Positions 51,889 through 64,000 of a DNA stretch of 64,000 nucleotides are shown here, piece after piece. The stretch is from Octopus sinensis (Eukaryota). Where the stretch lies: positions 1 to 64,000 of the forward strand of contig NW_021836142.1 of assembly GCF_006345805.1 (NCBI RefSeq). The letters are read 5' to 3'. Within the stretch, counting starts at the first letter, position 1. The number at the start of each line of letters is the position of its first letter. The position numbers and the translations under genes were made by a program. The notes under the pieces are model-generated. The model was not told where the DNA came from, made no database searches, and saw nothing but the letters and a program-made list of their open reading frames with translations.

Positions 51889-52706
51889 CAATTAATTCTT
51901 CATCCCCTTAATCATACATCATTCATTTATTTGCATTTCTACCTTATAAAATACTAACCCACATATAATTCAATTTAATTTAAGCTAACTTATCATAATT
52001 TTGACATTCATTAGTTATGCACCCCTGCCTTTGATCCCTTGCTTAATTTCTTGCATCATCCTATTCTTATTATTATTCTGTGTACTATAATGTTTACCTC
52101 TAACTCATAATAATCTTAATTTACATAACCATAGGTCTTCTATTTACAATATTTCTTCCCTGATTTCTCTGTTCTTCTCTCTATTTATTTCTGTCATGGC
52201 TCAGAAAATTACAGTTTTCTGTCCTTCCTTATTCGTGATGTACCCACCTATTTCCACCCCCACCACCTATACTGGAAATCTCTCCTCCATACCAGAAAGC
52301 TCCCATGGCTCCACCTCCACCTCAAGTAGCAAAAGACTCTCTTCTGTACCAGAAAACTCTCATGGTCCCCCTACCCCCAGCAGTCTCATTCACATGACTG
52401 CATGCACCAAAACGGGACTCCATTACTTATTTAGTCAATGAAAAAAAACTACCATTAGCTATTTTAATTATTCATTTTAATTATTTATCCATTTATGTTT
52501 GTATCAATTCTGCTTATATTAACAATGCTTGTATTACACTCACTTCAAACAGAGGCAGCACTTTTAATATGAACGAATGATGGTAGATTAATGTGAGGAC
52601 AACTGATACAACATATCTGCTGTCAAAAACTCATTGAAACCTTCTTTTCAGATGCTGAATACCATCCCCTCCTTTCCATGTTACCTCCTACATCCCTTTC
52701 CACTTT

Positions 52707-52835
52707 TTCATAGTTGGTACTGTCAATGTAGGCACATTGAAAGGTAGGTCTGGTGAGACTGTTGAGATGCTTGAATGAAGGCATGTTGATATGAGTTGCA
52801 TTCAAGAAGTAAGGTGGAGGGAGGCTTCATCCAGG
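52707..52835 (+). mobile_element. RTE LINE apurinic endonuclease N-terminal fragment
   Basis: FIVGTVNVGTLKGRSGETVEMLE*RHVDMSCIQEVRWREASSR (GTxNV and QExRW APE motifs). Confidence 0.85.
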
Positions 52836-52949
52836 TCCCACATGAGCAAGAAATAGAGTTATAGAATCTTCTGTGTGGTTAAGAAGCTTGTTTCCCAACC
52901 ATGTGATCTTAGGTTCAGTTCCATCGTGTGGCACCTTGGACAAGTGTAT

Positions 52950-53313
52950 TTTGCTACAGTCAATGAACAAAACTCTTCTCCCTTGAGTCTCCTTGTAATT
53001 TCTGTTGATTAAATAACACAATATAGGGTCCCAGGTGATACGATCAACGGAACTGCTTGCTCGTGAAATTAATGTGCAAGTGACTCCACAGACGCATGTA
53101 CCATTAATGCAGTTCTCAGGGAGATTCAGCATGACACAGTGTGTGACAAGGCTGGCCCTTTGAAATACAGGTTCAACTCATTTTTGCCAGCTGAGTGGAC
53201 TGGAGCAACATGAAATAAAGTGTCTTGCTCAAGGACACAACATTTTGCTGGGAATTGAACTCATGGTCTTATGATCATGAGCCAAATGCCCTAACAACTA
53301 AGCCATGTGCTTT
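52950..53313 (-). mobile_element. SINE with family D-type head and a different tail
   Basis: gccagctgagtggactggagcaac..tgaaat..agtgtcttgctcaaggacacaa is shared with 61648-61910. Confidence 0.7.
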
Positions 53314-53382
53314 CACAAATAACACAAACACACACACACATATGTGTGTGTATGTATGTATGTATGTATGTAATATATATAT

Positions 53383-53612
53383 AATTTATAAACAAGGGCA
53401 AAAGAAAAAGTATTTCTATGCCAATATGCTGAGAACAGACTTAACTCGTCAGTCATCACATCTCAATATACGTTCACTATAAATATAGTCGTGCTGAATA
53501 TACGTCATATATTTATAGTGAATGTATATTGGAAGGTGGTGATTGACGATTTAAGTCTGTTCTCAGCATATTGGCATAGAAAAAATATTTCTTTTGCCCT
53601 TGTTTATAAATT
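53383..53612. repeat. Long hairpin (arms of about 105 bp, 20-nt loop)
   Basis: 53383-53487 is the reverse complement of 53508-53612 with scattered mismatches. Confidence 0.9.
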
Positions 53613-54457
53613 GTTTATAATTTTAACCTTTCAAGAGGTATTTTAATATGCTGCCACATTTGATGAAATTTTTTCTGAAATAATTTTATCCTATATTAGT
53701 AGCAGTAGTAGTAGTAGTAGTATATATATATATATATATATCATGTAATCATATAATCAACCTGACAGTCAGCTGCTATTATACGTTATACATCACTGGT
53801 CACAATGCGCTTTGCTTCATTTTAGCTTTTGAATGATGCCACTCTACTGGTTAGGTGAGCAGACCCACATACCCCTTGAGTGGAAGGCTAATCTGTTGCA
53901 AGGTTACCCACTTACAACTGAGTGGATTGCAGCAACATGAAATGATGTTTTCCTTCGGAACACAACATGCCACTTGGTCATGGAGATGAAACTCATGATT
54001 GCTGGTTTGTAGGTACAACACCCTTCACGTGTGTATGTGTGTGACCCCACAATTTCTTCTAAAATATATTTAGTCATGCAGCTTCTTTACTGCAATAAAC
54101 CAGTTCTGCTACTACTCTTTCTTTCATATTTTAACACTCCATCTTCTACTATAGAGCCACCTCTTTTGCGGTTTGTAGCCATTGCATGCAGCATGGTGCA
54201 TTCATTATTGCTAGTGGAAAAAATACCCACTGCACACTGCAAAGTGGGTGGCATTAAGAAGGATGTCCAACAGTATAAGCCATGCCAAATAGGACAGTGG
54301 AGGGCAATCCTGACCAGCATAGAACATGAACATTAGATGATGATATGGGTGATATAAGATTATTGTAATTTGCTTGCAATGTTTAAATTATATAAGTGGT
54401 TTTAAAAACCATTGAGCAATGAAGGACAGAAGTTAGGCAAAATATATAGTGTATTTT

Positions 54458-54756
54458 TTTATTTATTTATGCGCCCTTTTCAAGCCTAGCCAGGCTCATG
54501 GGTCCAGTTTCCCGGTTTCTATGGCGTATGTGTTCCCCCCCCCCATCTGGACGGGACGCCAGTCCATCACAGCATTACTCAAGAAACAGGAAGAAAGAGC
54601 AAGAGAAAGTTGGGGCGAAAGAGTACAACAGAGGTCGCCACCCCCGGCCGGAGTCTTGTAGAGCTTTAGGTGTTTTCGCTCAGTAAACACATACAACGAA
54701 ACCGCGATCCTCCGACTATGAGTCCACTGCCCTAACAACTGGGCCATTGCACCTCC
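54458..54756 (-). mobile_element. SINE family D (tRNA head, V-domain-like gatggactggcgtcccgtccag)
   Basis: Head ggaggtgcaatggcccagttgttagg on minus; (AAAT)n tail; imperfect TSD aaatatatagtgtatt / aaatacatagagtatt. Confidence 0.85.
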
Positions 54757-54809
54757 ATAAAAATACATAGAGTATTAGCTTACATATGTTAACTTCTCTT
54801 ATATTTCAG

Positions 54810-54891
54810 GAAAGATACCCCTTCTCAAATACAAAAAAAGGATACTCCAAAAGTTCAGAGAAAAAGTGGAATTATTGGTAAAAAAATTTCG
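54810..54891 (+). CDS. Probable internal coding exon KDTPSQIQKKDTPKVQRKSGIIGKKIS of an unidentified gene
   Basis: Strong acceptor ttaacttctcttatatttcag; open, basic, internally repeated (KDTP x2) peptide; possible donors at 54878 (gtaaaa) or 54892 (gttggt). Protein not recognised. Confidence 0.55.
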
Positions 54892-55066
54892 GTTGGTGCT
54901 ATTTATATGTAAGATGAATATATTTATTAATGTATGTAAGCAATAATAAATTCAGCATCTTTTGTTTAGATATGATCATATAAAAACGGGAATATATTTA
55001 TCAGTCTACATACTGTTGAATTTATACACATAAACATACAAACATATACATACATAAAATTATGTG

Positions 55067-55294
55067 TTTCTTTATTACCTACAAGGGGCTAAACATAGAA
55101 GGGACAAACAAGGACAGACAAACGAATTAAGTTGATTACATCGACCCCACTGCATAACTGGTACTTAATTTTATCGACCCCGAAAGGATGAAAGGCAAAG
55201 TCGACCTCGGCGGAATTTGAACTCAGAACGTAACGACAGACGAAATACGGCTACGCATTTCACCCGGCATGCTAACGGTTCTGCCAGCTCGCCG
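55067..55294 (-). mobile_element. SINE family B monomer
   Basis: Consensus match; flanked by the cataaaattatg direct repeat. Confidence 0.9.
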
Positions 55295-56665
55295 CAATCA
55301 TAAAATTATGGATGTACATGTATATGCACATGTATTTATGTAGATGTGTGAAAATGTATATATGTGTGTAAGTATATCTGTATTTATACACACGCACACT
55401 TGTGCTTGTATGTGAAGAAATGTTTTTCTGCTTATATACACATTGACATGAAAATATTCTGTGTCTGTATACCGAAGTCTGCTCATATCTGTATTTGTTC
55501 GTGTATGTGAAATATGGTATAGGCATGGGTATGTCTTTATGTAGAACCTACCTTGTTCAGATCACAGGTGTTAGCATGCATGCTATTCATACAATATGTA
55601 AACAATATATAAATGCAAGCACCAGTGTATTTGAGTTATATCTCCTTCAGAATTATTTACAAGATTCAAGTTAGATCTTCTTTTATAGAAAAAGAGAAAG
55701 TTTTCTGGTCAACACACTAGCAAGAATAATGAAGAATTACCTCTACAGAGTGTCTTTATAAGTATCTCAATAGTTTCTTATATATATGTGTGTCATGCTA
55801 AAATCGATAAGAAAGTGCTGCAACACAGTATTGACAACTGACACAATGATATTCCATGGCTATTGATAACTGCTAGCAAATCTCCCTTGTAGTTCACACA
55901 TAAGAGAAGAAGACTAGTCATTATCACAAAGAGACCAGCTTTTATATTGAACTAAGAATATCATGACTTTGTTCCCCCGCTTCAAACTTCACCCGCACGC
56001 ACCTCCATATTTCACACTGTTTGAAAGAATTAAGCTTTGACTGTTATATATTCAATTGAATTAAGGGTGGGGTTCATTTACCTTTTAATGTTTTATCCAT
56101 TGAACAAAGAAAACTTTTACAGTGAAGCACTAGCAGACATGATGTGGTGAGACCAATAACTTTAATTAATAGATAGTGCTTGTACCCTAGGACTAAAGAA
56201 AGGCAAGCCTTGTTGAACAATGTTTAACAAAGTCAAACAAAAGTAAGAGAGACAACTTGAAATCAAAAGTTGTTTTTTTTAAATTAGTTGAAGCATATTT
56301 TTCCATTTCTTGTTCAATAAAAGCAGTGTTGTAAGGACTTTTTAATGAAGTTATTTACTGGTTTGAATACTGGTAATTAATGTTCATGGTTGTTACCAGT
56401 ACTCTTCAAATACTTATTTTTTTTTTTATACAACACATTTAAAGAACAATAAGCATCATTGGTTTCCAATTTCCAGTATGCTAAATGCAGGTCCATCACA
56501 TTTCCACAAGCAAAAGTGACAATGGATTGTCTGTGCAACTTGGACAGAACAAATACTAGATTCAATTTTCCTTTGACTGCATTAGTTTATTGGGTTTTTT
56601 TTCAATATACCCCCATCAGATATACACCTACATACATGCGCAAATTGTTTTGTTTTGTTTGTTAC

Positions 56666-56958
56666 ATCTTGAGCCATGCCTGGCTCATAGGGCCGGTTTC
56701 CTTAGTGTATAAGTTCCCCACCTGGACGAGATGCTGGTTCGTCGCAGGTGAGTTGCAACATGCAGGAGGAAAGAGTGAGAGAAAGTAGTGGCAAAAGAGT
56801 CAGCAGCAGTTCGCCACTACCTTCTGCTGGAGCTGCATGGAGCTGCATGGAGCTTAGGCGTTTTGCTCATAAACACACAAATCGCCCGGTCTGAGATTCG
56901 AACCCATGATCCCTAACCTGAAAGTCCACTGCTCTAATCACTAGGCCATGTGCCTCCA
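56666..56958 (-). mobile_element. SINE family D, older copy
   Basis: Homologous to 54458-54756. Confidence 0.8.
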
Positions 56959-57532
56959 CTTACACAAATACACAGACATATATGTGCATATGAACATGCA
57001 CATACTCATAGGAATTTATTATGAGGTCCTGTACAGCTTTAATCTATCAAATTCCACCCACAAGGCCTCAGCTAATCCAAGACTATGATAGAAAATGCTG
57101 ATCCAGGGTGCTGCACAGTAAAACCAAACCCAGAAGCACATAATTAACAAAGAGAACTTCAAAATTATCACTTCTACTGCTACAATTATCCATATGGTTT
57201 TGAGCTTACTGTGAACCACTTCTGTCTGATCCTTTATTTTTCTCTCACTCCTCTTTCTTCTACACTTACTGTGCCACACTTTTCAATCAGACCTGCCTAC
57301 TTCTGGAAGTATACCTCCATTTTCTTTTCCTTCTCCATCAGATCCTTTATTGGATTCTCATTTGAATATTAATTATAGCAAACTGTTCTCTTCTTGATTA
57401 TAAGAGCTTGAGAAAGCTGCGGGGCTTCATTTCACCTCTGATTATAAGAAATATTGGACTAATTTATAAGAAAAGGATAAAACTGCATCACATGAAAGTT
57501 AAATTTTTTGACGCTTTGAAAATTTTTTAAGA

Positions 57533-57933
57533 AAGGAATGGCTGTGTGGTAAGTAGCCTGCTTATGAACTACATGGTTTCGGGTTCAGTCCCACTGCATG
57601 ACACCTTGGACAAGTGTCTTCTACTATAGCCTCAGGTTGATCAAAGCCTTGTGAGTGGATTTGGTAGACAGTCTCTGAAAGAAGCCCGTCGTATATATGT
57701 ATATATATGTATGTGTGCATGTATATGTTTGTGTGTCTGTGTTTGTCCCCTCAACATCACTTGACAACCGATGCTGGTATGTTTATGTCCCCGTAACTTA
57801 GCGGTTTGGCAAGAGACCGATAGAATAAGTACTAGGCTTACAAAGAATAAGTCCTGGGGTCAATTTGCTCGACTAAATGCAGTGCCCCAGCATGGCCACA
57901 GTCAAGCAACTGAAACAAGTAAAAGAGTAAAAG
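57533..57933 (+). mobile_element. SINE family A, CpG-decayed
   Basis: Consensus match. Confidence 0.9.
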
Positions 57934-58496
57934 AAGCCTTTTTCACTCTTTGGTGGAAATGATCCATTTTGGGACCTCCAGCACTGGTGGGAGTGGAGAA
58001 GACATTTATTCTCGAACCAGAGATCTGGCTCAAATGCTTGCAATAGAGCAGTCACCATTAAAAATGTCCCAAGTGCTGGGGATGGAGATGTGCTAATCAG
58101 GGTAACATACATTTAAGTCTACCACTCATGTAGCCCATGATAGGATTTGAAATCTGAAAGCTCAGAATCAGAAGAAACTGCAAGGTATTCAATTTGATAT
58201 TCATCTAGTTCCTTCAATTCACTGGATTGGTACTTTTTTATTGACTCTAGAAAAAAGGAAAGGCAAAGCTGAGCTTAACAGTATTTGAACTCAGAGTGCA
58301 GATTTCCAGTAAACTAGTGAATGTTGCCATTAGCATCAGTAAATCAAAAAATGAGGGTTCAAGAAATATTGAATAATCCACTGATGCAAGGAATTGAATT
58401 CACTTACTCTCCACTCCCTAAATAAATTCTTTGTCTTCTACATCATCTCTGCACCTACTTGTTATTTTCATCTTAGGAAACTAGTTTGGAGTTCTA

Positions 58497-58708
58497 CCAA
58501 CAACCGCTGGCTTGCCGTGTCCCGAAAACATGAACCGAGAGTGATAAAAATCAATCATCCAGTCAACATCATGGTATTAAGAGTGATCGCTAGTTATACC
58601 TCCATTCATCTTCCCACACAGGCTCAGACTCAATACGGAGGCCTAAACAAACTGCCTGGAAGAGGCAGTGCTGCCCTAGGTCAAGAGGGTTGCTGCTGAA
58701 AGACGCTA
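58497..58708 (+). mobile_element. Tc1/maT (DD37D-like) transposase fragment
   Basis: NNRWLAVSRKHEPRVIKINHPVNIMVLRVI...PPFIFPHRLRLNTEA*TNCLEEAVLP*VKRV. Confidence 0.75.
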
Positions 58709-58980
58709 ACTACATCTGACAATACATGTATTTTACTCCCTTATTCTTCAGAAACAATTTAACAGCTGATTAAAACCATCTCCTTAAGCATGTCCCTACA
58801 TGTCCCATATGTTCATAGTATAAGTGTCTCAAGTTGTTTATTCGTGGCTGCACTGAAGCAGTTCAGACAAAAAACATAGTCATAAGGGCTTGGAGAAAAA
58901 TATCACCTATCCCAATAAACCATCCTTACACAGCAAAGCAACTTCTGGAAGACCATCATTCAATCTGTAAAGGATCACAT

Positions 58981-59212
58981 AGGCGGCAAGCTGGCAGACA
59001 CGTTAGCGCACCGGGCGAAATGCTTAGCGGTATTTCGTCTGTCATTACGTTCTGAGTTCAAATTCTGCCAAGGTTGACTGTTCCTGTCATCCTTTCGAGG
59101 TCGATAAATAAAGTACCAGTTTCGGACTGGGGGCAATGTAATTGACTTAATCCCTTTGTCTGTCCTTGTTTGTCCCCTCTATATTTAGCCCCTTGTGGGC
59201 AATAAAGAAATA
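58981..59212 (+). mobile_element. SINE family B monomer
   Basis: 13-bp TSD taaaggatcacat. Confidence 0.9.
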
Positions 59213-59541
59213 TATAAAGGATCACATTAACAGCAAGCTTTTCCATCTTCCAAACTGCAATCGATCCTTTTGGTCACTTACAGAAATGAACTCTATTATT
59301 GCAGAATCCTCCATTCTTTCACTTCTCAACAACCACGCTTCTGTAAGCAGTATTTCCACAGTGAAAACTTCCACATTTGCTACCTTATTTAAATCTATTC
59401 TACACTTCACACAAAAATAGCTTCTAAAACTATTCACCCAACTAATGCAATACCCACCACACACACACACTCATGTGCATGCACGCAATCACTCACTCAC
59501 ACACACACACACACACACTCTCATGTGCATGCACGCAATCA

Positions 59542-59575
<34 letters not shown>

Positions 59576-59815
59576 AAACCACACCGCACCACACCACACC
59601 GCACCGCACCGCACCGCACCAACGGAAAGTACAACTATTCACTTTAAATAAGCAGAACCATTGGTCATGGTATCATCTTTCCCATTACCTACAAAAATAG
59701 CACCCTAGACCTAGCCTCCTTATTCACCAAACTCTTAAGACTCTTTATAGTGATATGTCTTTGAAAATAACCTGCACTGTGTCCCATTCCTAAGAAGGAT
59801 AATTCTGCTGATCTT

Positions 59816-59817
59816 GT

Positions 59818-59853
<36 letters not shown>

Positions 59854-60070
59854 ATATGTTTGCGTGTCTGTGTTTTCCCCCCCCCCCCCCCAACATCGCT
59901 TGACAACCGATGCTGGTGTGTTTACATCCCTTTAACTTAGCAGTTTGGCAAAAGGGACTGATAGAATAAGTACTTGGCTTACAAAGAATAAGTCCTGGGG
60001 TCGATTTGCTCGACTGAAGGTGGTGCTTCAGCATGGCCGCAGTCAGATGACTGAAACAAGTAAAAGAGAG
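59816..60070 (+). mobile_element. SINE family A, 5'-truncated
   Basis: Runs from the internal microsatellite to the tail. Confidence 0.9.
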
Positions 60071-60626
60071 TAACTGCCGTATTACTGGGTTCACTTCAGA
60101 GTGACAATCATTAACAACAAATTTCTCTAACACCTTGAAACTTACCCTTTCCTTAAGAAGACTTATTACAGCTTTTGAAAATCCAAATCTGCTGGGAACC
60201 TACTCTCCTTGGTAGTTTTTTTGCCCTTGAGATTTTGATGAAAACTGATTTTTTTTTTTTTTTTTCTTGGCATCAGCAAATTTTTTATTGTATTCAGCTT
60301 ATTAATTTTCAGGTAATACCTTGTAGTAATAGGATCCTTGATTCTCTTGGATTGATAGCTCCCTCTCAAAACACCCCATCATGGCATGTGCTGGTGTTTC
60401 TCTGACTAACCCACAGTCTATCAACCCTGGTGTGTCTCAGTGTCTGGTTTTATTCTCACACTCTTACTTGTATAAATCAACATTCTGCTTGCTGTCACAT
60501 CCAACATTCTCACTTCTATGCAGATGATACCAGTTTTCATTCCTCTTTAACTCTCTGCATCCAAGCATCATCTACCTAAAGACTTATCTTGTTATCTGTG
60601 CTTACCTCTACAAACAGAGAACTTAA

Positions 60627-60846
60627 CCCTTTTGTTACCAACCTGGCTGAAACCGGCTCTTGCTCTGAGTAAAAATGTCTTGTTTACATAAATTTTGAAT
60701 AAAAATCTTCCACCAAACCTTGGTCACAATTTATGTTCCTAACACTAGCTGAATGATAACTAAGTTATTTTACTAAATTCTTTGTTATATTTAAAGTAAT
60801 TGAAAGAAGCACAGAGTATCTCAAAATAAATACAGTAATGGAAGGG
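60627..60846 (-). mobile_element. piggyBac-type MITE
   Basis: TTAA-ccctttt...gaaggg-TTAA, with a perfect TTAA TSD. Confidence 0.85.
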
Positions 60847-61647
60847 TTAAATACCTCCTCCAATCATAACATTTAACATGATAACAACATCCCATCTGAC
60901 AAAACACAGCCAATCCTTTCCAAAATTCAGATGGAACCCATAATGAAATATTACTCCCTTTCTGGTATCACACTGTACTATGGACATAAACTTCCTACAC
61001 AGAATCCACTGAAAGGTCATTCAATAGACCCACAGACATGTTGTCCCTTCTATTAGACTTTCAGCAACTTCTACAGGAGCCTCTACCCCTCGAAGCTAAC
61101 TGGTATCACTTCCCCTCAGGCATTCCTAACTCATCTTTATTTGTCTTGTAAACCCCATTGTGTATTACTGTCATCATTCTTTGCACTAAACATTCCTTTC
61201 TCCCGACTATATTGATATTGGAATTCCCTTTATTCACATGTTTTGCCATAGGACCATTGTCTTGCAAATGTTCAAGAATATTAAAAACATCAACTAAATG
61301 GTTGCCAAAAGTTTGCAATGTCCAAATACACAGCACTTTCTTCCAGACTAAACCACTGATGGAAAACTTTCTGTCAAAGACAGAAAAGTCCTGAGACATT
61401 AAAGTGTTATTCCTCATGACAATTACTTTATTCAACATTCTATAAACTCACCTTAAGAATTCTGTAACTGTCACATATTTCTAGATAACTTTCTTTTCCA
61501 AGATTTTTTCTTGTAAAAAAAAACAAAAAAACAGGAACTTAGGTCTTGTCATCCATTTTTTGTTTGTTTTACTTGGGGAATCTAAAGGAAAGGGTAGTGT
61601 CCATGACATTTGGAGGTCCTTCATAATCATAGAACTTAATGCCATAA

Positions 61648-61910
61648 AAAATAAAATAAATAAATGCGCCTTTTTAAAGCCTAGCCAAGCTCATGGGCCC
61701 GGTTTCCCAGTTTCCATGGTGTATATGTTCCCAAGCTGGATGGGGCGCCAATCCATCGCACCATTATTCATTTTTGCCAGCTGAGTGGACTGGAGCAATG
61801 TGAAATGAAGTGTTTTGCTCAAGAACACAACGAGTCACCCGGTCCAGGAATTGAAACCACAATCTTACAATCATGATGCTGACACCCTAACCATTAAGCC
61901 ACACACCTCC
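61648..61910 (-). mobile_element. SINE family D variant (CORE-like plus V-like modules)
   Basis: TSD taatgccataaa; tRNA head ggaggtgtgtggcttaatggttagg on minus. Confidence 0.85.
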
Positions 61911-62823
61911 ACTAATGCCATAAAGGTTCCAGTTAAACTGTTACAGTTAACACCTACAGAAAAAACTTGAAGTGGGAGAAAACTCCAGAGGGATGATATT
62001 CTGAAGAGGAAGGACTGGGAATGGTGGTTAGTATGTGGCCTAGAGAGCTGGACACAACAAAAGCGATGAAATGCAGAGGGATGGGCAGAACAGAAATGCT
62101 TGATTAGTGTAGGTATGAGGCCAGCCACCTCCAAGGAATAGAAACCGTTATAGTTTAGACATAATTTGAAACTCAGAACAACTAAATACCAGTATTTGTT
62201 TTCTTGCCTGATATAGGCATTGTTTCTTATGATTGATGACTAAGTATCAGTCAAGACAATATCTATATATTTTCTCCGAAGCTGCTCAGGCTTTCCTACA
62301 TTACCAGTTTAATTATTCAGGATGATGTTGTTGTTATTGTTGGTTAGTAATCTTAGAGAATTCTGATTAAGAAAGATCAAAGGTAAAGAAATATTTAAAA
62401 ATAAATAAATAAATGAAATAAAATTTGGCTGGTGATCTGCAAAATCAAGATGACAGATAAGTTTTAAAATGTAGGGATAAAGATATGAATGACAGAATAA
62501 TTCACTTTAGACAATCCTGCGCAGACAAACATCAATTTTCCATATTGACTTCCCTTGCTAGAATCTTTTATTTTCAATCTTAAATTGACTTCTCAAAATA
62601 AGCCATATATAATTCAATATCTCTTACTCTTCTTGTCTGCAATACTTCAGTGTCTGGCAAACATTTATGTTACCATGACGGATTGTTGGATCACACATAC
62701 TGACAGTAGTAACAACACTGTTAATCTATTAAATGATCGCTATTTTATACCCTTGCCAAACTTGTATATGTATCAATGCGGGGACAGAATTAGAAGCTCT
62801 GACAGATGGACTAACAAATCTAT

Positions 62824-62892
<69 letters not shown>

Positions 62893-63685
62893 ATATTTGT
62901 GCATACACATGCCTGAATGTGAATAAACAGACATCAACAAAGAGAAAAAAGGCAGACAGACAGACAGTGACAGATTATGATAGCTTTGCTAATACACATA
63001 TCCTGTGCAAATACATTTATTTACACATATATATATTTGTATTTATATGTGTATATATGTTTATATTTATTTATGTGTATATATTACAGCCTTTTATATG
63101 CATATATATACATACATATGTATATAGATACATGTGTATAAATATATATATAGACACACACACACATACATGCAAACATACATACCTATATACATATATA
63201 TGTGCGTGTGTATATACATATTGCATCATCTTCATCATTTTACATTCATTTACTATTTAGGCATGTGCTGGATGATGACACAACAGAATCCGACATTTCA
63301 GAGGACATGCTGGACAAGTATCTCAATTTTGGCCCAGTTTCTATGACCCTTCCTTGGACCACCCACTTTACAGAGTGTATTGGATACATTTAATAAAGTC
63401 ACCTGTACTTTAGAGGTTGTTTTGCTTCTAACAAGACTAACATGTCCTCTCTAGCTAATATCATCTCTTCTTAATTTGCCAATCCCTCCACACGACAAAA
63501 GCACATCACTGAGTGTTTTCACATGGTTCCATACACAGATTTCATGGAAGAAGGTTTATGTTCCTATAACCTGTGTTAATTCTGTAACCCTTTAAAATGG
63601 AAGATAAGAAAGTTCATTTTTGGCACTTGATGCTTTTCTTTTTCCGTAAAGTGAAAAATGCCTCACAAGCAACCAAAGAAATATG

Positions 63686-64000
63686 CGAGTGCCGGTGGCA
63701 CATAAGAGAACTATCCAAACGTGGCCATTGCCAGTGCTGCCCCAACTGGCTTCCATGCCGGTAGCAGGTAAAAAGCACCATCCGATCGTGGTCATTGCCA
63801 GCCTCGCCTGGCCTCCGTGCCAGTGGCACGTAAAAAGCACCATCCGATCGTGGCCGTCTGCCAGCCTCGTCTGGCACCTGTGCCGGTGGCACGTAAAAAG
63901 CACCCACTACACTCATGGAGTGGTTGGCGTTAGGAAGGGCATCCAGCTGTAGAAACATTGCCAGATCAGACTGGGCCTGGTGCAGCCTTCTGGCTTCTCA
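63686..64000 (+). mobile_element. SINE family C, running off the window end
   Basis: Four gtggcacgtaaaaagcacc-type units, then ggttggcgttaggaagggcatccagc. Confidence 0.9.

Larger units (their letters stand above)
58710..61280 (+). mobile_element. Decayed CR1-group (Zenon/L2B-like) LINE reverse transcriptase with nested insertions
   Basis: RSFWSL, PIPKKDN, INPGVSQ and FYADDTSFHSS (YADD at 60517-60528). Interrupted by SINE B, SINE A, a piggyBac MITE and microsatellites. Boundaries approximate. Confidence 0.75.

Noticed and set aside
63261-63393. Exon-like HVLDDDTTESDISEDMLDK after an AG
   Set aside because: The sequence runs into a degenerate minus-strand SINE C-like remnant (cccttcc...ccactttacagagtgtattgg), so it is probably repeat-derived.

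Overview
AT-rich, repeat-dense animal genomic DNA. The SINE, MITE and microsatellite complement looks like an Octopus (coleoid cephalopod) genome; this is inferred from repeat recognition, not from a search. No intact long CDS is present, and nearly all ORF-track entries are artefacts of microsatellites or SINEs. The window holds four tRNA-headed SINE families (about 30 copies), mariner and Tc1/maT relics, Merlin-, hAT- and piggyBac-type MITEs, Helentron-like non-autonomous elements, and decayed CR1, RTE and Penelope-like retroelements. Splice signals suggest the 5' part of an unidentified plus-strand gene, with a CpG-retaining promoter zone near 26-27.6 kb and several short alternative 5' exons converging on a coding exon at 54810. 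The most notable oddities are: (1) a full-length U6 snRNA copy fused to a LINE/SINE-type 3' tail with a covarying stem-loop, a possible U6-headed SINE or non-L1 U6 chimera; (2) a 318-bp island of about 63% GC, rich in CpG and flanked by a 7-bp direct repeat; (3) a 122-bp locally templated insertion inside a SINE; (4) several intronic inverted repeats that could form ADAR substrates.
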